Of a stretch of 64,000 nucleotides of DNA, positions 45,113 through 57,345 are shown piece after piece; the first letter of the stretch is position 1, and each line of letters starts with the position of its first letter. Made by a program: the position numbers and the translations under genes. Below the pieces are notes generated by a model. The model saw only the letters and a list, made by a program, of their open reading frames with translations, had not been told where the DNA came from and did no database searches. The stretch is from Trypanosoma brucei (taxonomy: Eukaryota): positions 704,001-768,000 of the forward strand of contig AL929603.2 in the NCBI GenBank assembly GCA_000002445.1, in the 5' to 3' direction.

Positions 45113-46865
45113 GGGAAAAGTAAGTGGAGGGAAAAGAAATGAGAGGAAACGCCACTACAATACAAATCTCTTCTTTTATATACAAATATATTATTATTAT
45201 TATTATTGTTATTATTATCATCATTGTTGCTATTTTTTTTTTTCCTCTCTCACATTCTCTTTTGCCTTTTTCCTACACGTAATGTCATGCTACGCCATTA
45301 AAACACTGCTAAAATGGAGATATGAATTGTCATTTCCCATTATTCCAATTTTTCTTTTCTTTCTTTTTTCTTTAAAAATAATAATAATAATAAAAACAAT
45401 TTTTCTTCTTCTTTACCACTCTTCTCATACAGTACAAAGCAATAGTATGCAACGATGATAATAACAATAACAAGATGCTAATAACAATACTAACAGTAAG
45501 ATAATAATAACAAAAATAATAATAATAATAAGATGCTAATAATAATAACCGTGACGGAACGTGATGCGGTACGACATGACATGACGAAGAGGCAAGTGAG
45601 AAGAAAAAAAAAAGAAGGAAAAAAAAGGGAAAAAAAGAAAAGAAAAGAAAAATGTCATTTCACTTTCTTTTTATCTTTTTTTTTCCTTTTTTTTTTTCTC
45701 TTCCTGTTTCCTTCTTGTTTTTCTTTCTTTCTTCTGATCTTCTCCCCTCTCCCATCCGCCCCTCACACAAAAACACAAACATATGCGTATAACCTTCTCT
45801 CCATTCTTCCTCTTTTTTTTTCTTTTTTTTTCCCCCTTTTGTTTCACTACTCATCCTCTTTCCCATTTATATATATATTTTTAGATATATATTATCCCTT
45901 TTTTCTTCGCCTTTTTATTTTTTTTTTCCTTTCCATCATCATTTGGTTGAAGCGGTACCTCTCATTTACACACATTTTCTTTCACTTTTCTATATTTGTG
46001 TAGTTATTATTATCATAGTAAACAACAATAATAATAATAACAATAATAATAACAATAAATTGGGAAACAAAACAAAAAACACACACACATTTCCCATCAT
46101 CCATCTCTCTCAACTCAAATTTCATCTTTCATTGTTGTCTTCGTTGTTTCCCCTCCCCCCCTCCCTTTTTTTTTGTTTTGTTTTGTTTTCTTTTCTTTTC
46201 ATCGCTCTTTTAAATATAAAACACATATATAACAAAAAAAAAAAGGTAAGATAAAAAAAAAAAAATCAAATTGCTTCCCTTTACAGTGGTGTGTAAAATC
46301 CGCTAAACTTTTTTTTTCTCAATAACACGACGCACATACAAAAGAAGAAAGAAATGAAAAAAAGAAAAAAAAGAAAAAACAGGGCAAACAAACGAACCAT
46401 TTTTCTTTCTGACCTTGTTTGCGCCTTCGTTTGTTTGTTTTTGCTCATCTCATTTCCTTTCATCTCATTTCTTTTTTTTTTTCATTTCTTTCTTCTTTTA
46501 CTATTATTATTTTTTTTTTCTTTCTCCACCTTTCCTTGGTTTCTTTTCCTATATATTTCTTTTTCTTTTTCCATTTTCCTTCTTTCATGAGCACACACAC
46601 ATTCACACATACATATGCACACTATTATATTACTGCTTCCGCTCCATTAGCAAACTCAAAAAACAAAAAAAACAAAAAAAGACAGTATAAAAACACTTCG
46701 CATACACCCATTCAAACAAATTACTCCCTTTTTTTCTTTTTTTTTCCTTTTTTTCTTTTTTTGTTTTCTTTTCCTTTTTTTTTTTGTTGTTGTTGTTATG
46801 GTGGAGGTTGTGGTTGTTGTGGTTTTCATTTTATTTTTATTTGTTTTCTTTATATATATATATAT

Positions 46866-46896
<31 letters not shown>

Positions 46897-49800
46897 AAAA
46901 ATCACCCATTCATATGAACAAACATATATTTTATATAAAATATATATATATATATATATTCATTCATTCATTCATTTGTGTATATATTTATAAATTATTC
47001 CCTTCTGCCTCTCAACTTAATCTTCTTTACAACTTTCACATTCACATGGAAGTAAATGTTAAGTGGAAAAAAAAAAGTCATATAAGGCTTTTTTTTGTTT
47101 TTTTTCCTCTTTTCCTTTTTTCAGCCTCTTTTCTCTCCCAAAAAAAAAAAAAAAACAAAGGGAATAAATAAATAAATATAAAGAATGGGATTTTTTTTTC
47201 GTTTTTCGTTTTTTTTTAAAAAAAAAAAACAAGTAACAAGGAGTGAAGAGGAAAAACAAAACAAAAAACCCACACAAAAACACAAACACACAAACACACC
47301 GACAAAAAGGAAAAAAAAAGAAAAAAAATTGAAAAAAAGAAAAAGAAAAAGGGAAATAATAATAATAATCATCATCATCATAATCATAATGATAATAATA
47401 AAATTGCAGAATATGGGATGTACGAAAAATATATTTGAAATGTAAATGTTAAATGAGTTTGATAATGTAGCTGCAAATCACTTAGTCCTCTATGTTGTAG
47501 TTCCGTCGCATCTCCTGTAGAGCCGCCGCCACTGCAGCCCGCCTTGCGCACATAAAACCAGGCATCTGACGACGCTGAGCATATAATTGCATGGCGGCTG
47601 TAAATGGAGCTGGAGGTTCCATCATTCGACCTGCTGGTGTTAAACGAGCGGAGGCACGCAATGATCCATTTGGCATCATCTTCAATTTATTTACAAAATA
47701 AAGAAAGAAAAATATAAAAATATATAACTATAATAAAAAAAAAAATGATAATAATAATAATGATAAACGCTGAGGAAGGTAAATAAGTGAATAAATGTAT
47801 ATAAACTAATGTGGCAAAAGAGAAAAAGAGAGAAAAAAGTCCGAAAACGAAACTAAACGAACCAAAATAATAATGATAATGCTAATAATAATTTTTTTAA
47901 AAAAAAATTGAAGATTGAATGCACAAATGGACGAGAAACTAACAAACGGGGTAACTGTGTTTGCCTGCGAACCAGTACTGTATGCAAAAGTATATCGCGC
48001 AAACGAGAAATCGCAAAGAAAAGGGTGGAAAATTCGGGAAGAACTTTTGAATTTAAACCTAATGGTACCAAAAAAAGAAAAAAGAAAGAGGAAAAAAAAG
48101 AAGGAAAAAGGAGATGGGTAGAAACATGAAAAGAAAGTGTTCAAACACATATTCATTCAAAGCACAGAGGATTCAATAGTGTTACATTCAAGTTTCATGA
48201 TTTCAACAGCAACAAAAAAAATGAAAAAAAAAGGTCACAAAAAGAATAGATTAAGCGCCACATAATGGAAAGGAGCATAATGATAACAATAATCATAAAC
48301 ATGCCGTACTTAAAACGGAGAAATGGTGGGAAAATGCAAATATAATATGATATAAATATATTTCATAAGTTCATATATGGTTCCATGCCTCTCCAACAGT
48401 CAACGTTCCATTCAATATTCCCACTTGCATGCACTTCCGTAATTTTTTTTTTGACTTTTCTAGGCAACCCAACAGCGACGGCGGTGAGGTCATATTCTAT
48501 TTATTTATTTATTTTTTTGTCCGCTCTCTCTTTTTTTTTTTCTAGAAACAAAAAAGAAAGAAAAGTCCTGCAACGTGTACGCTAAGATATGAACCTTATT
48601 ACTTTCCTCATGCCTTCTGTCTAAGGCAATAAAACATGCAAATGCATATGTACTCACTACATAACTAATAATATTATTTAAATTGATTCCAACATTTCAT
48701 GTGGCTTAAGGTACGACACAAACAACTAAAGAAAAAAGAAAAAAATAAAGGGAAAAGTCGCAATTACAAATACACCAAGTGAAAAAAAAAAGAGGGGAAA
48801 ACATAAATATATAAACATATTCGAACAACCACCGGAGTGTTACCTCTTCAATACAAGCGTATATAAAAAAAAATATGCACACATAAACACACGCACACCA
48901 CACACATATATATAAATATATATAAATATATATATATTTTTTTTTGTTTGTTTGTTTCTTTCTTTCTTTTTGTTATTCCCGTTTCTTCACATCTCACCGC
49001 ACGCACGCGTGTGGCCCCATTAAAGTAAAATAAGATAAATAAATAAATAATGAACATGAACATGAACATTTTAGGAAAAATAAAAGGAAGGAGAACAAAG
49101 CTTAGCAAAAAAAGAAAGAAAAAAACACATAACGGAAAATAATAAATGCTTGTGTATACTTCTCATTTCGTTACTGTCAACGTGTGGGTTAATCAAGGAA
49201 GAGGGGAAAGGAAAAGGGAAAATTATAAATATATAAAATGAAAGAAAGAAAAAAGAAAAGAAAAGAAAAAAGCCCACTCAAACCAGATGGAGAAAAATTA
49301 ATGGAGAGGCATTAGCTGCTGTCATCATTAATATATTATTATTATTATTATCATCATTATTATTATTATTGTTATTACTATTGCTTTCGGGATTGTCTTG
49401 TTATTGTTGTTATTGTTGTTAAGGGTATATGCAATGCGTAAGCATTAGCCATTCATAAGGAAGGGGCCGAATGGGAGGGGAATATATTAATAAACAAATA
49501 AAGAGGAATTTTGTTAACCCAAAATTCCTTCAACACCACTCTCAATGCACAGCGCTGAAGGAAATAAGTAAAATAATCAAAAAACAAAAAGATAAATAGA
49601 CGGAAAGGAGGGAAAGGAGGGAAAGGTAAGAAGGTCAAGACGGGTGCGTCGTATACAAATTTTAAAATTGTAAAAAAAAATTAAAAAAAGGGAAAAGGGA
49701 AAAGGGAAAAGGAAACTCATTGAATAAGTGAAAGAAGTTATAAAATTATTGCAAGGTAAGGATAGAAAAGAGAAAGGGGGGTTTAACAAATGTATATATA

Positions 49801-50538
49801 AAATAACGGGGGAAAGGGAAGAAGAAGAAATTGTTAAAGTATGAAAAGAGAAGAATAAGAATATCAATGAGTGCGAGTTACTTCTTCCACTGCTTCGCAA
49901 TCATCATGCATACGAATACACGAGCAAACGCAACGTTAATAAACATTGTAGCGACTGTAATGAATTTTTGCAATGGTAGTGGTAATAATAGCGTGATACC
50001 AAAAGGTACATTCACTATTTATTTGTTACCCCCTTTTTTATCACTTTCTTTCTCTCATGTTCAGTTACAGCCACAACGGCGATATTCGCTTCAGTGCAGC
50101 AAGCACATTTTACCAAGGGAGCACACGACCGCGTATAAAAGTGGAAAAAAAAACAAAAAAAATGGAGGAGAAAAAACAGAAAGGAAAGAAGGAAAGGGAG
50201 AAGGAGCAGTTGCGTATTGGTTTCCACACAAATCCCCTCCGCAGTGTATTCGAGTGAACTTATAAAAAAATGAAAGAGGAACGAGTGGAGCCCCGCCCTT
50301 TACGCGTCATTTCTCCATCCACTTGTGTTTGTTGGTTGTTTGTTGGACCTCTCACCACACATTTTTTTTCTTCTCGTTATTTTTTTTTTTCCCCACATAC
50401 TACATCTTCTTTTTTCTCTTTTTTAATCCCATTTACATGCACAATCAACCACACATACACATACACACACACATGCATATACATATATAAATATATATGA
50501 ATATATGGATATATGGATAAATAGATATATAGATATAT

Positions 50539-50576
50539 AGATATATCCATATATCTATATATCTATTTATATATAC
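50539..50576. repeat. Perfect 18-bp inverted repeat (atagatatatagatatat / cc / atatatctatatatctat) embedded in an (ATAGATAT)n-like tract
   Basis: The left arm at 50539-50556 is the exact reverse complement of the right arm at 50559-50576, with a 2-nt spacer. Confidence 0.9.
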
Positions 50577-52776
50577 ATGTATGTTAACATACGTGATGCT
50601 GGCGAAACAGCAGTGGGGAAAAAAGAAGAAAAGAGAAACTGGAACCGTGGCGATATCTTCACCCGTATTCCGCGCCACCTTCAATAACAGGGGAGCTTCT
50701 ACAAACACTCTCTGCATGGTGTAATGCAAAATCATTTTATTACTACATTTTCATTATTCCCTTCTTTTCCTTTGTTGTTGTTATTAATATTTCTCCCCCT
50801 TCCTTTCCCCTCTACACCTTTTTTTTTTTATAATCATTCCATTCCATTACATTCCCTTCCTCCCGCTTCTCCTCCTTGCAATTGCAATATGAATGCGTAT
50901 AAACGTAGAAATACGGGGACAAATGAATTATAATATAGTATAAGTAAATACATGGCAACGCAGCCTCAAACAATTACGGTTCCACCTTGCCGCAACTATT
51001 TGAAATCCCCTCCCCTTCCTCAGCTTTTGGATTTCCCTCCTCTCCATTCTTTTTTTTTTCATTTTTCAGTGTGGCAGCAAAAGAGGACGGAACGAATTGA
51101 GGGAAGCAAATTGTTCATAGCACACACGAAAAGAAAAAGAAAATGAGTGCAATGAAAGTCAACTTCCGAAACGCACAGACGCACACACGCATATATATAT
51201 ATATATACTGATATATGGATATATACCAAGGGAGTGATATGCAAACAAAAGGAACGGTGGCAAAAAAAAAAAAACGGAAGAAAGAACGATCAAATGTTGA
51301 TGACGCGAAAGACTCACCGCTTCATATCAATCAATTCGCTGAAGCACACACGCCGTGCAGTCCATCATGTTTCTGTCCACACGCAATCATCAGGGATATT
51401 ATCAAGTTAGCCTCCCTCCATGCACACCGTCCTCCAGTCCACAGCAACCACACAAGCACAGAATATATATTTATTTGCGTACACATACACACATACGTTT
51501 GCGCGCACACTTGTATACGAGTAAATGTGAAAGTTCTCAACTCCTTGCAAACATATACGTGTAAATGTATAAACATGCATGCATGAACATATATGAATGG
51601 AAATTTAAAGAAATACCGCAAGTTGTCGCCGTGGATCGTGCATAACCCCTCTTGCGCCAAAAGTCACCGAAACCCCGCATTATCTTCGCGCTGTGCCCAC
51701 GGCAGGCGGTTAGCAAATCAAAAAAAAAAGGGAAAAGCCAATTATTATCATTTATTTATTCCGTCGGAGGAAACAACGAAAAGGAAGGAAAATCAAAAGA
51801 AACTGCGGATAATACCGATTGCTTTGCCCGTTACTGGTGGTTTAATTGTGGTCATAAGGCACCAAATACGGAAGGAGCCGCAGCGCCCTTGATTTCGAAA
51901 AAAAAAAATTAACGACATGGGAAGGGAGAAGAGGAAAAAAGAGAAAAAAAAGAATCGCACACGCACTCCGTTTCCTTCCTTGCCGCCCCTCTTGCAATGA
52001 ATTTGTTCTTATTTCACCTTTTTTGTTTGTTTGTTTGTTTCCCTTACCCCTCTTGCGGGTTTCTGCAGTTTCTCTCACTTCTCTCCGATGCCTTTCATTA
52101 ACCCCATCATCGTTTGAATGTGGCTCTAAAGCTCAGGCATTAATACGCATGGAAACAACATCTCCTCCTCTCCCGATCCTTCCATCAAGCAGGCGAAACA
52201 GAAAAGGTGTGCAAGTTATATGCAACTGTTCTGCTTTCAGCGCGAGGAAAAGGAAAGGAAAAGGTAGAAACAACGGCGATAAAACATAAACAAGAACAAG
52301 AGCGACTCTCTCCTGTTGGTGCACGAATAGTCGGAGGCGGAACGAAACCTCTCTGAGAGGGAAAAAAAAAACAAAGAGGAAGGTGGGAAAAGCGAACGTG
52401 GAATAATCGATAGATTCACGCGCAAACACGAAGTTCTTGGATCCGCCGTTTCCGCAACACCAGCAAGTCATAATGGGTGTGGTAACGTTGGCCACTGAAG
52501 GAAATAAAGGAAGGAAAGCAAGCCCAACCGGCAGATGCTGGTTGGTTAAAGTTGCAAATAACGGATACCCAAATAGCAATGAGAGCAATAGTATGGCAAG
52601 AAACAAACGCACGGCTCTGGAAAATGCAAACTCGTTAGAAGAACGCTCTTAACTAGCAAAAAGAAAAGAAAACTGTCTATTTAGCTGGTATCGTATTCAC
52701 TGTATCGTGCAATGCATTGAAGAAACATGAAACAGCCAACACAAAGCGCGTGTAAATGGTGAAAGCGACAGGATAA

Positions 52777-53868
52777 CTAACAATGCGCGTCAAGCCCACG
52801 TCTTCCGCTTGTCTGCGACACACGCTCCAAGTGTTCGCTGTACTTTTTCAAAATAAGCGACAAGGCGTCACTGTGTGCACGGCGGCGCAGAACTTCATAT
52901 GACGTACCATCAAACTTGCGGCACCGCAGCGCCTTTGATTCCATATTACTCAGTGGGATGGGCTCCATGAAGGACCTGTTGGACGAAACGGGTGTTGTGC
53001 ACTCGGAGAAATGCAAACAACGCGCAGACGGTTCCGTACTTGGGGTTATGTCAACAGTTACCTCACACTGAGTAACAGATTCATTATCTCCATACTTCAC
53101 ATTCTCAGGCCCAAGTGCCGTCTCGGGTCGGCAACCCGCTTCCATTACTGCGCAGCTGCCAGCATTGGTCCCGTTGGCGACGTCGTCCACTAAATGCTGT
53201 TGGTTGTCTCCTTCGTAAATAATTGTTTCCACATCCATTTTAGGCGCAGCTTCCCTTAACCAAATCTCTTTCCTTGACAGTTTTGCAATGGGCAAGATAA
53301 TCGGGCAAGCTGCGTGATTGCGTGGCTCTGACGGAAGGGAAATTGAAATAAGGTCATGGCAATCTCCACCGCAGCCCCAATTAAAGGGGCCGTTGGACAG
53401 CTGACAAACCAAGTCATCTAAAATGCACATACAGGATTTACCACGGCTTTCACGGGTCAGTAACGTCACAAGTAGAATACTGGCACCCGCCGTGGATGAA
53501 CTACAGAGTGGCAGCGCTGCACAATCAACCCATCCAAACAAATTTTCCCGGTTCGTGGTTGACAGCGCAACTGAGGTGTAACTGACTTGGGACTTTATTC
53601 CCTCGGTATTCGAATGTCGAGCCTGAAACCCATTAAGCTGCCCCACTGAGTCAGAAGTTGAAGCCAATAAATCACCGATATTTGACTTTTGAAAAATCAA
53701 AGGCAATTCAACGTTCTCGAAACTGGACAGTTCGTAAACTGGCGTTAACCCTGGGGCGTTACACGGAAAGCTTCCCCAACGGGGAATACAATTCTCTAGT
53801 GCACACATCTCGCCAGCTCCGCTGTGACAAAAGTTTTGTAGTTTTTTACTCTGAAAACCAACACCCAT
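52777..53868 (-). CDS. Hypothetical protein, 363 aa, moderately Cys-rich
   Basis: Non-repetitive ORF on the same strand as neighbouring minus-strand genes. A polyY tract lies about 100 nt upstream on the minus strand. No family recognised. Confidence 0.5.
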   Translation of the reverse strand: MGVGFQSKKLQNFCHSGAGEMCALENCIPRWGSFPCNAPGLTPVYELSSFENVELPLIFQKSNIGDLLASTSDSVGQLNGFQARHSNTEGIKSQVSYTSVALSTTNRENLFGWVDCAALPLCSSSTAGASILLVTLLTRESRGKSCMCILDDLVCQLSNGPFNWGCGGDCHDLISISLPSEPRNHAACPIILPIAKLSRKEIWLREAAPKMDVETIIYEGDNQQHLVDDVANGTNAGSCAVMEAGCRPETALGPENVKYGDNESVTQCEVTVDITPSTEPSARCLHFSECTTPVSSNRSFMEPIPLSNMESKALRCRKFDGTSYEVLRRRAHSDALSLILKKYSEHLERVSQTSGRRGLDAHC

Positions 53869-54686
53869 TTCCCTTTTGTTTCTTGCTTCGTTGTCTTTTA
53901 CTTCCTCTTGCTCCCCTTTTTCGTTCAGATGTTCGCTAAGATTTTAATAGAAACAAAAAGGGCAAGAAAAAGAGTCTTGGGAGTGCATCGGCGGTACAAA
54001 CCAAGTAAGTGTCTTTCATCCCGTTAGTGACTTAAACCACGCAGAGCTGCCGTGGGGCATGTTTCGGAGCAGTAGCATTCGAATAAATAAGCAAAAAAAT
54101 AAACATAAAAAGTGGATTTCTCCAGTAGGAGAAGAAAAATAAGGGCACACTGAGACCACATCGACTATATGAGGTTACTGGAGAATGAAAAAAAAAAAAA
54201 AGATGGCAATTCTCGGGGCAGAGAATGCAGAGAGCCCATGCAATTTAGGAAACATCTCCGCGTGACCCATTTCGAATGTCTACGGGGTACTACCTGGAAT
54301 AAGTGCCTTCCTCTCACCGTAAGACTGTGGAAACAAAAGTGCCACAGCTGCCCTCCTTCAATCTCTTATGGAAAAAAAACTCTATGATATCACTACATGT
54401 CCCGCTTTTACTCTTTCTCCGTCAGCGTCGCCCTTACTGTTCTAGTTCCTCTGAGGGGAAACAACCGCTGATACCCCTTTTTCGAGGAAATAGTAGTAAC
54501 ACAACGTTGGAACGATACGTGTTGATTAGAGTGGGTTAGGGTTTCAAAGAAAAACAAAGTTTAAAAAAAAATAATCACAAGTGTGTGTGTGTGTATGTGT
54601 GTGCGTGTGTGCGTGCATGTGCAGACGTATGCGCCCACGAAAGTATACTCCACCCGAGATCCTCCGCCCGCTCTCACCGAACAACC

Positions 54687-57284
54687 TTAATGAGCCGATT
54701 TACCCACGTAGGAAGTAGGAAAACGACGTCTTCTCCCCGGGTGGTGCATAACAGCCGCAACCCTCTCCAAACGTCGCACAATTCTATTGAGTGTCTGAGT
54801 GTAAGCTATTATTAAAGTGTCCCTCGGCCTTACATTGTGGCTCACAAGGGAACAATCATCCCCCACCCCCAAGCATTTTAGACAATGGCCAGTTGTGACG
54901 CAAGTGTCTGGGCTACCAGCACCCCCGCTAGACACCATTCTCCTTTCTGCATCTCTAATCCGGTGCTCCATCTTGTGGATGCTTCTCTCCTTCATTAAAA
55001 GCCATTCCTCACTACCCCTTAAAACTGCTTCGTCATATTCGAACTTCTTTATATGACCGTCTAATACGTGACGAACTTTGTTAAGTAGTTGCCCTTGATG
55101 CGAAGACGCCTTCACACCTTCTTTCTTGGCTATCACCACGTCCTGCTTCCAGCGGTGCCTGGTGGTATGAAGGTGTGTACGACGTTTCTCTAGTTTGGTC
55201 CGCTGGCTCTCAATAATTCTTCTCATGTCAGCAACGCGCTTTATCTCACTTTCCAACAGAGACCTTTGGTCTTGGATGGAAATGGGGAAGCCGCGCACCT
55301 GCTGATCCAATCCTACTGCATTCATGCCCAATACAGATGGTGTTCTGCATTCATCCGGAGTGTCAGGCTCCTCCACATGCGTGCTTTCCTTATTGGCACC
55401 GAAAGGAAATGAAGGCGTATTAACGAATATCCGTTCGAAAGCTTCCGACACTGCGGTGGCGAGATCCTCCTTTCGCAAAATCTCGACGGGAGGAGCATGG
55501 GAATCTTTTTGAGCATTTCCTTCGTCTTTCACAGGTTCTGGTCTTACATGCTGCAGCACGTTCATGTCGTCCCTGGTGTCAACGATGGTGGCACAGGACA
55601 CAGGTTGTCGCCCTTGACTGATTTTGTCAAATATGGTCCTCAATTCCTCCTCCGCAAACTCCCTCAAGTGAACCTTCAATTCGTTGAGTTCCTCATCCCT
55701 TGTGCCCCTCAATGTTGCAACCGCATCGCCAAGTATCTCCTTAACCGATTGTATGGTATCTGCGTTATGGTTGCACGAAACAGTACTCGTTCCCTCTGCA
55801 TATGTGTGTTTATTTTGAATATCTTCTAGATCATCCCATTCACACTGGGTGCCTCGCGTTTCCGTACGATTTTTGCCGATGACGGCGGTGGGCCTTGTGT
55901 TCTCTGAAATGAATGAGATGCGGTTTTCCTTCTGCCTCATTATTTCCTCTACAGCAGCCTTAGCGTCTCTTTCAGCCACCACGATATTCGCAGCAAATTT
56001 GAGTTTGATGTTTTCACTCTCAGAGGCGTAACAGGCACCTAAATCTTTTATGGCCTTGTCGTATGACTGCTGCGCACGATCTATTAGCATGGAAAGCGAT
56101 GGTTCAACTAGAGTCAAATGTGTCTCGCGAGTGCCCTGCAGTGCTCTAGTTAAAGCGTTACGGGCATCCTCATACGTACTGATAAAATCTGAAACGCATT
56201 TGTCTGCCTCTTCTGTGCACTGTTTCATTGCATCCAACAGACGTGTGTCCATTTTCTTTATCTCCTCAATCTCTTTTGTTTTTTGCTCATTTAAGGCCTC
56301 TATTTCAGCTTTCCAACGCAACTTTGCTTCAGAATATTCCCGATTGTGCTTTTCCTCTAGAAGTTGGTGCTTCTTCTTCTCGGTCTCAGATCGGGCAATA
56401 AATTCATTAATTACTTGCTCTGTTTCAGATGCATACTGCTTCTCCAGCATTTCTTTTTCTTTGTTGAATTTGTTCTCTAAGTCCTCTTTCAGGAATTTTA
56501 TTCGATTTTGGTATTCTTGTCCAATGTCTCCTTCTGTTTGGTTCGCTGGAGCGCCTGTCTTTGCCTCTGACACACCTGTTGGTCCGCAAGAAAGAGGATC
56601 GGAATCTTCGCTCTGCGGCGCTTTCTTCACGGCAAAAGGCTTGCTGATGAGAGCCTTTTCCCCTGAAATAGTGGGAGGAATTACGTTTTCCTGTGTCTGG
56701 GATAAAGGAGGTATTTTGGGACCAGATGAACCCGCGGCCGATAATACGCCTTTCAACCTCTGTGCTGTGCGACTTCTTTCAGTAGAACCCGAGCTTGGAT
56801 TACTTCCACCCTTAAAATCAATCCGAAGTTCTTCTGGAAGCTCCCGCTTTTGCTTCAATGTTTTAAGCGCCTGCAACTTTGTTTTGCTTCCTAACGATGA
56901 AGTTCTCTCTTCTTGATTTGAGCTCCTCTCGCTAAGATTTTTTGCTGGCGAAACAAGTGCAGGCCCTGGTTTTTTGGCGCCATTTGCGATGCTTTTAGGA
57001 CTAGGATTTATCTTCTCGCTCCGTAGTAACTCCCTAAAGTGTTCATCCAATGGATGATCCCAAATACTCTCACCAGTTTTGAAGTTAAAGTAATAGAGTT
57101 CACCCTTTTCGCTTCGGCATGCCTTCCAATGCTCTGGCAGAGGAGCCTTCAGTCCTTCCCTCGCAATCCAAAGGAATGGCTTATCGGTAGGAAGGTCCAT
57201 ACCAAGCCATTTCCCGTACTCCAGAAGCTCGGTTTCTGAAGGTTCGTAATTGTCGCTCGTCACAACATCTAGAACTACGGACAT
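54687..57284 (-). CDS. CEP164: CEP164-like protein: N-terminal WW domain plus extended coiled coil. Candidate basal-body transition-fibre component
   Basis: N-terminus YEPSETELLEYGKWLGMDLPTDKPFLWIAREGLKAPLPEHWKACRSEKGELYYFNFKTGESIWDHPLDEHFRELL aligns almost residue for residue with the human CEP164 N-terminus ([75 protein letters not shown]), including the WW signature W...YYFN..T..S.WDHP. The remaining roughly 750 aa are heptad-rich coiled coil. A polyY tract and AG lie about 50 nt upstream of the ATG on the minus strand. Confidence 0.85.
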   Translation of the reverse strand: MSVVLDVVTSDNYEPSETELLEYGKWLGMDLPTDKPFLWIAREGLKAPLPEHWKACRSEKGELYYFNFKTGESIWDHPLDEHFRELLRSEKINPSPKSIANGAKKPGPALVSPAKNLSERSSNQEERTSSLGSKTKLQALKTLKQKRELPEELRIDFKGGSNPSSGSTERSRTAQRLKGVLSAAGSSGPKIPPLSQTQENVIPPTISGEKALISKPFAVKKAPQSEDSDPLSCGPTGVSEAKTGAPANQTEGDIGQEYQNRIKFLKEDLENKFNKEKEMLEKQYASETEQVINEFIARSETEKKKHQLLEEKHNREYSEAKLRWKAEIEALNEQKTKEIEEIKKMDTRLLDAMKQCTEEADKCVSDFISTYEDARNALTRALQGTRETHLTLVEPSLSMLIDRAQQSYDKAIKDLGACYASESENIKLKFAANIVVAERDAKAAVEEIMRQKENRISFISENTRPTAVIGKNRTETRGTQCEWDDLEDIQNKHTYAEGTSTVSCNHNADTIQSVKEILGDAVATLRGTRDEELNELKVHLREFAEEELRTIFDKISQGRQPVSCATIVDTRDDMNVLQHVRPEPVKDEGNAQKDSHAPPVEILRKEDLATAVSEAFERIFVNTPSFPFGANKESTHVEEPDTPDECRTPSVLGMNAVGLDQQVRGFPISIQDQRSLLESEIKRVADMRRIIESQRTKLEKRRTHLHTTRHRWKQDVVIAKKEGVKASSHQGQLLNKVRHVLDGHIKKFEYDEAVLRGSEEWLLMKERSIHKMEHRIRDAERRMVSSGGAGSPDTCVTTGHCLKCLGVGDDCSLVSHNVRPRDTLIIAYTQTLNRIVRRLERVAAVMHHPGRRRRFPTSYVGKSAH

Positions 57285-57345
57285 AGCTTCAAAAAAAAAA
57301 TTTCGACTATGAGTCGACCTTTCTAATGGAAAGAAAGAGAGTAAT
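57285..57345 (-). promoter_or_regulatory. Polypyrimidine tract plus AG: candidate trans-splice acceptor for the CEP164-like gene
   Basis: The minus strand reads ctatattactctctttctttccattAGaaagg about 50 nt upstream of the ATG at 57284. Confidence 0.4.

Larger units (their letters stand above)
36133..52776. repeat. 16.6-kb ORF-free block of extreme low complexity. Dozens of poly(dA:dT) tracts alternate between strands and are interspersed with many different microsatellites and short tandem repeats
   Basis: No ORF with protein-like translation occurs anywhere in the interval; every track ORF translates to F/L/K/N junk. The sequence shows runs of A or T of 10-20 nt, (AAT)n, (TA)n, (ATTTTT)n, (GTTT)n, (CTTTT)n and short 10-12-bp tandem repeats throughout. 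Confidence 0.85.

Noticed and set aside
36185-52612. Sixty-plus short ORFs inside the 16.6-kb low-complexity block
   Set aside because: Every one of them translates homopolymer or microsatellite sequence (poly-F/L/K/N/I). None has protein-like complexity.
36133-52776. Centromeric satellite (about 147-bp AT-rich tandem array as described for T. brucei centromeres)
   Set aside because: The block is a mosaic of many unrelated short repeats and homopolymers, with no single long-period unit repeated in tandem.
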